A stretch of 64,000 bases of DNA, taken from Anaeromyxobacter sp. Lineage in GTDB: Bacteria > Myxococcota > Myxococcia > Myxococcales > Anaeromyxobacteraceae. Under the pieces are notes generated by a model. The model was not told the origin of the DNA. It was given only the letters and a program-made list of their open reading frames with translations, and searched no databases. Of the stretch, positions 60,041 through 64,000 are shown one piece after another; position 1 is the stretch's first letter, and each line of letters starts with the position of its first letter. The stretch is taken from the NCBI GenBank assembly GCA_049840735.1, contig JASGJN010000013.1, forward strand, positions 288,001 through 352,000, written 5' to 3'. Both the position numbers and the translations under genes were made by a program.

Positions 60041-60573
60041 GGCCGCTCCTCGGCGAGCATCTCCTTCGCCTGCTCCAGGAACCGGTTCAGGCGTCGCTGC
60101 ACCGTCTTGCGCGACACGCCCAGCGCCTGGGCCAGCTCCTCGTGCTCCATCCCGTCCACCAGCACCCCCAGCGCCACCGCCTGCGTCTCCACGTCGAACC
60201 GCTCCAGCACCTGCCGCGCCAGCCGCCGCTCCGGGAACGGCACCGCCGGCGCCGGCACCACCTCCAGCGCCTCCGGCCCGGCGGCCTGCCCTCGGCGGCG
60301 TGCGCTGCGGAGCAGGTTCAGGCAGTGGTGCGTCGTCACCCGGTAGATCCAGTGCAGGGCGCGGGTGGGGTCCTCCAGCTTGCCGAGATCGCGAAGGAGC
60401 TTCATGAACACCTCCTGGGTCGCGTCCTGCGCCGCCTCTCCGTCCCGGAGCAGGCGCAGGCAGCGACGGTAGACGGCCGGGCCGTACGTCCGGTACAGCG
60501 CCACCGCGCGATCGCCGCCCTTCGGCGACGACGCGTCCGCGTTGCGGCGCGGGCCGTCCTGGATCAGGTGCAC
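60037..60573 (-). CDS. ECF sigma-70 factor
   Basis: Region 2 'AAQDATQEVF' and 'WIYRVTTHHCLNLLR'. Region 4 'GMEHEELAQALGVSRKTVQRRL'. Confidence 0.92.
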   Translation of the reverse strand: MHLIQDGPRRNADASSPKGGDRAVALYRTYGPAVYRRCLRLLRDGEAAQDATQEVFMKLLRDLGKLEDPTRALHWIYRVTTHHCLNLLRSARRRGQAAGPEALEVVPAPAVPFPERRLARQVLERFDVETQAVALGVLVDGMEHEELAQALGVSRKTVQRRLNRFLEQAKEMLAEERP

Positions 60574-60846
60574 CCTTGTCCACTAGGCACCCCGCTCGAG
60601 ACTTCAAGGGCACGCCGGGGTGCAATCGGCGCCCTTCTCACCTGGTGTCACGTCCCCCCCCCCCGCCGCCCGCCATGTACCTCCACCTGCCTCCCTCACA
60701 CCGGAGGCGACGGCGGCGGGACAGGCGGCGTGCTGGCCCCCCGCACGGGAACGCCCCATCCCGGACTGTCCCGCCTGGCGACCGCCCGGTGTGTCCCCCG
60801 GTGAGCAGTCAACGACAGCGGGGCGCGAGCCCGGGGAGCAACGACG

Positions 60847-61623
60847 ATGAACGGACGTCAGTGGGCGATGAGGCTGGCGGTTGCGGTGGCGGTGGTGACC
60901 CTGGCGGCGTGCGGCGGCAGCGGCGGGAGCGGCGGCGGCGCCAGCAAGCTCCGGGTCTCGGCGGGGACCGCCTCGGCCGTGGCCGCGCCCTCCGGCGGCA
61001 TCCAGGCCGGCGACGGGATCACCGTGGACCGGGTCCGGCTGATGGTGGAGCAGATCGAGCTCGAGAGCGAGGACTCGAGCGGCGAGGGCTCGGGCGGCGT
61101 GGAGGTCGGCCCGTTCCTGGTGGACCTGGCCGGCGACGCGCTGACCGGCGGCGTGCGGCAGACCTTCGACGCGCAGATCCCCCCCGGCACCTACGCCAAG
61201 CTGGAGCTCAAGATCGCCCCCGGATCCGCGCTGGACAACCACGCGGTGGTGGTGGACGGGACCATCGACGGCGAGCCGTTCACCTTCACCTCCGACCTCA
61301 CCGCCGAGCAGGAGCACGAGGTGGCGCTCACGGTGGCCGCGGACGGCAGCACGAACAACGTGGCGCTGGCCATCGACCCCACCGCCTGGTTCACGGTGGG
61401 TGACGTCCGGCTCGACCCGCGCGACCCGGCCATGCGCGCCTCCATCGAGTGCCAGCTGGCCGCGTCCATCGACGCCTTCGACGACGAGGACGAGGACGGC
61501 ATCGACGACCACGGCGGCCACGGCTCGGACGACGGCCCCGGCGACGACGGCGGCGGCTCGGGCGGCTCCGGCGGCGGCGGGTCCGGCAGCGGCGGCGGCG
61601 ACGACGGGGCCGGGCACACCTAG
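60847..61623 (+). CDS. Lipoprotein (DUF4382-like) with an Asp/Gly/His-rich tail
   Basis: Lipobox 'TLAAC', 'GPFLVDL', 'IPPGTY..LELKI' and tail 'DDEDEDGIDDHGGHGSDDG'. Confidence 0.75.
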   Translation: MNGRQWAMRLAVAVAVVTLAACGGSGGSGGGASKLRVSAGTASAVAAPSGGIQAGDGITVDRVRLMVEQIELESEDSSGEGSGGVEVGPFLVDLAGDALTGGVRQTFDAQIPPGTYAKLELKIAPGSALDNHAVVVDGTIDGEPFTFTSDLTAEQEHEVALTVAADGSTNNVALAIDPTAWFTVGDVRLDPRDPAMRASIECQLAASIDAFDDEDEDGIDDHGGHGSDDGPGDDGGGSGGSGGGGSGSGGGDDGAGHT

Positions 61624-61630
61624 GGAAGCG

Positions 61631-61712
61631 AGGCCTCGGGCCTCAGGCTTCAGGCCTCGGGAGAGGCTTCGAAGCCTGGGGCCCGACCGCGAGGCCTCAG
61701 GCCTGATGCCTC
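61631..61712. repeat. Heptamer (RGGCCTC/AGGCCTG-type) array forming a hairpin between convergent genes
   Basis: AGGCCTC GGGCCTC AGGCTTC AGGCCTC...; 61636-61651 pairs with 61671-61686 (16 bp, one G.U). Confidence 0.7.
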
Positions 61713-62515
61713 ACTTCTCCCCCTGGAACACGATGGGCAGCCCGTTCTTGGCGTTGCCCACGATGATGACCTTGGCGTTCTCGCTCGCGGCGATCCGCTC
61801 GGTGGCCTCGATGCCCTTGTAGGCCAGGTACTCCGGCGTGAGCCCCTGGCGGACGATGCCCTGGTACTTGGCGATGCCCTCCGCCTCGATCTGCTTGCGC
61901 TGCGCCTCCTGCCGCTCGCGGTCGAGCGTGAACTGCATCTTCTGGGCGCGCTGCTCCTCGGCCAGCTTGTCCGCGATGGCGGTGCGGATGGCGTCCGGGA
62001 GCGTCACGTCGCGCACCAGCACCGCCTCCACGACGATGGGCCGGTCGGCCAGCGCGCGCTTCACCTCGTCGTAGATTCTGCTGCTCGATCTGCTCGCGCT
62101 TGCTCGAGTAGATCTCCTCCGGCTGGTAGCGGCCGAACACCTTGCGCGCCTCGGAGCGGACGATGGGCGCGACCAGCTTCTGGTCGTAGTCGGGCCCGAT
62201 CTGCGTCTGCAGCTCGAAGAGCCGGCTGGCGTCGGGCCGGTAGCGCACGCTCGTGTCCACGGCCAGCGCCAGGCCGTTGGAGGAGAGGACGTTGAGCTGC
62301 TCCTTCATCTCGTGGATGCGCGTGTCGTAGAGGATCACGTCGTTCCAGACCGGCATGACCCGCATCCCCTCGCCCAGCACCTCCTTGGACGTGCCCTCCC
62401 CCAGCGACTTGAAGACGATGCCGCGGTGGCCGGAGGGCACGGTGGGGCAGCGGCAGCCGGGCAGGAACGGGGTGATGGCCAGGGCGGCGAGGAGCAGCGG
62501 GCGGGTCAGGCGCAT
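61711..62515 (-). CDS. SPFH/prohibitin-family protein (frameshift near 62076)
   Basis: 'VPSGHRGIVF', 'LSSNGL..AVDTSVRY', 'VLVRDVTLP..I..AI..K' and 'IEAEGIA'. Confidence 0.9.
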
Positions 62516-62607
62516 GGAGCGACCTCCGGGGAGTGGAGGCCAGCCTTAGCGCGACCAGCCCGGCTGGTCCACGGGCGCGCACGGCGGCGCCCCCGGAAGG
62601 ATCCGCC

Positions 62608-63549
62608 TCAGCGCTCCCAGGGCAGGAAGAAGTGGACCAGGGCGTCGGGCGCCACCGCCTGGCGCTCGCGGATCACCAGCGGCGCCCCCACCGTCTCCCG
62701 GGCGCTCCCCCGCCAGCAGAGCGACGCCGCCGCGCCGTGCGGCGGCTCCACCACCAGCTCCAGCTCGCCCGCGGGCCGGGCCGGCGCGCCGCCCGCCTGC
62801 GCGAGCGCCACCGTCACCACCACCTGCTCGCTCCCCAGCGCCCGCACCCGCGGGCCGGCGCAGGCCCGGGCCAGCACCTCCGGGCTCGCGCCGGAGTCGA
62901 GGCCGGCCGCCGGCGCGTAGCGGATCCGCACCTCCACCGCCGCCCGGGCCGGGAACCGCTGCAGCCAGGCGTGGCGCGCGCGGACCGTCCAGGCCGGCAC
63001 CACCGCGCCGCCGTCCGCCGCCAGGATCCCGCGCGAGAGGAGCGCGCGGCGCTCCGGCTCGGGCAGCCGCGAGAGCGGCGCCCGCCCCTCCGCCGGACGC
63101 TGCCGGCCGTCGCCCTGCACCTCCACCCCCTCGGTCACCCCGCCCAGCTGCGCCACGTCCAGGCCGGCCGCCTGCACCGCTCGCGTGACGTCCACCTCGG
63201 GCTGCCCCTCACGCACCAGCAGCGCGCGCGCCGTGCTCGCCGCGGGCACGCGGCGCCCCGCCACCCAGGCCTCGAACCGCTCCGGCGCGCGATAGCCCCC
63301 GGTCGAGCGCTGGTAGCGGTAGTCGGGGACCACGAAGGCCAGCTCCGCCACCAGGTCGGCGCCGCCCTCGTTGAGCAGCCGGTAGTCCAGCTCGACCCGG
63401 TCGCTCCGGACCCTGAGCTGCTGCCGCACCACCGCGAGCCCGGCCGGGAGGACCAGCCCGCCGGCGGGCACGGCCGGCAGCTCTCCCTGCGCGGCCGCGG
63501 CGGGGGCCACGAGCAGGAGCAGCAGCGGCAGGTGGCGCCCGCGGCGCAT
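62608..63549 (-). CDS. Exported DUF4424-like protein
   Basis: Signal peptide, 'AGGLV', 'DRVELDY.L.N....LAF..P' and 'W.QRFPA....V...Y.P..G'. Confidence 0.6.
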   Translation of the reverse strand: MRRGRHLPLLLLLVAPAAAAQGELPAVPAGGLVLPAGLAVVRQQLRVRSDRVELDYRLLNEGGADLVAELAFVVPDYRYQRSTGGYRAPERFEAWVAGRRVPAASTARALLVREGQPEVDVTRAVQAAGLDVAQLGGVTEGVEVQGDGRQRPAEGRAPLSRLPEPERRALLSRGILAADGGAVVPAWTVRARHAWLQRFPARAAVEVRIRYAPAAGLDSGASPEVLARACAGPRVRALGSEQVVVTVALAQAGGAPARPAGELELVVEPPHGAAASLCWRGSARETVGAPLVIRERQAVAPDALVHFFLPWER

Positions 63550-63621
63550 GGACAACAGGTCCGGCCCGCGGACGGCGAAGGCAAGGTGCCGCCCGGGGCG
63601 GCGCGGCCGGGGGAGCCGGCG

Positions 63622-64000
63622 CTACTTGCGGTCCACCACCGCGAAGGGCCGCTCCCCCTTGAAGACGCGGAAGAGCAGGTACAGCGCCGGGAAGAGCAGC
63701 AGGGCGCCGCCGCCCAGCGCCCAGAGCAGCGGCACCAGGGTCGCGCGCGGCGCGGCCGCCGAGGCCAGCGTCAGGTGCGGCACCAGGAGGTACGGGTACT
63801 GCGAGGCGCCCCAGCCCACCACGATGAGCGTCACCTGCGCCGCTGCGGCGGCGCGGGCCAGGCGGACGGCGCCGCGGCGCAGCGCCGCGAAGGCGGTCAC
63901 CGCGGCGGCGCCGGTGGCCAGGTGGAGCGGCAGCGTGAAGGGGCGGCCGGTCAGGCCGTGGAACACCAGCGGCGCCTCGCGCCAGGAGAGCGCGCCGGCC
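63622..64000 (-). CDS. cydB: Cytochrome bd ubiquinol oxidase subunit II, 3' part
   Basis: 'GWGASQYPYLLVP.LTLASAAAP..TL' and 'LLLFPALYLLFRVFKG'. Confidence 0.85.
   Translation of the reverse strand, partial: AGALSWREAPLVFHGLTGRPFTLPLHLATGAAAVTAFAALRRGAVRLARAAAAAQVTLIVVGWGASQYPYLLVPHLTLASAAAPRATLVPLLWALGGGALLLFPALYLLFRVFKGERPFAVVDRK

Noticed and set aside
56420..61623. CRISPR array or DNA tandem repeats in the RCC1 gene and Gly-rich tail
   Set aside because: The repeats are degenerate and protein-coding. There is no constant repeat-spacer period and no cas genes.

Overview
A very GC-rich, gene-dense bacterial window with about 55 CDS and no rRNA, tRNA, CRISPR array, transposase or integrase that I could see. 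Gene content and order suggest an Anaeromyxobacter-like member of Myxococcota (inference). Core genes include lpxC, ruvCAB, kup, katG, rtcB, archease, ku, ltaE and partial cydB. Signalling genes include a multi-PAS hybrid kinase, two MCPs, cheW and two single receivers. A small accessory patch at 2.0-3.5 kb holds a RelE/XRE toxin-antitoxin pair and a guanidine-III riboswitch-gdx unit between perfect 43-bp direct repeats. The best candidate for an undescribed system is the operon at 55.9-60.6 kb: ECF sigma, membrane zinc anti-sigma, exported caspase-like protease fused to a predicted outer-membrane barrel, RCC1 lipoprotein and cupredoxin lipoprotein. Many genes carry single-base frameshifts. 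At least 10 fall in reconstructed GATC or GAGACC/GGTCTC sites, which looks like methylation-linked long-read basecalling error, so these genes are annotated as CDS rather than pseudogenes. Many genes appear leaderless, with TANNNT 6-7 nt before the start codon. All product calls come from motif recognition by eye, not from database searches.
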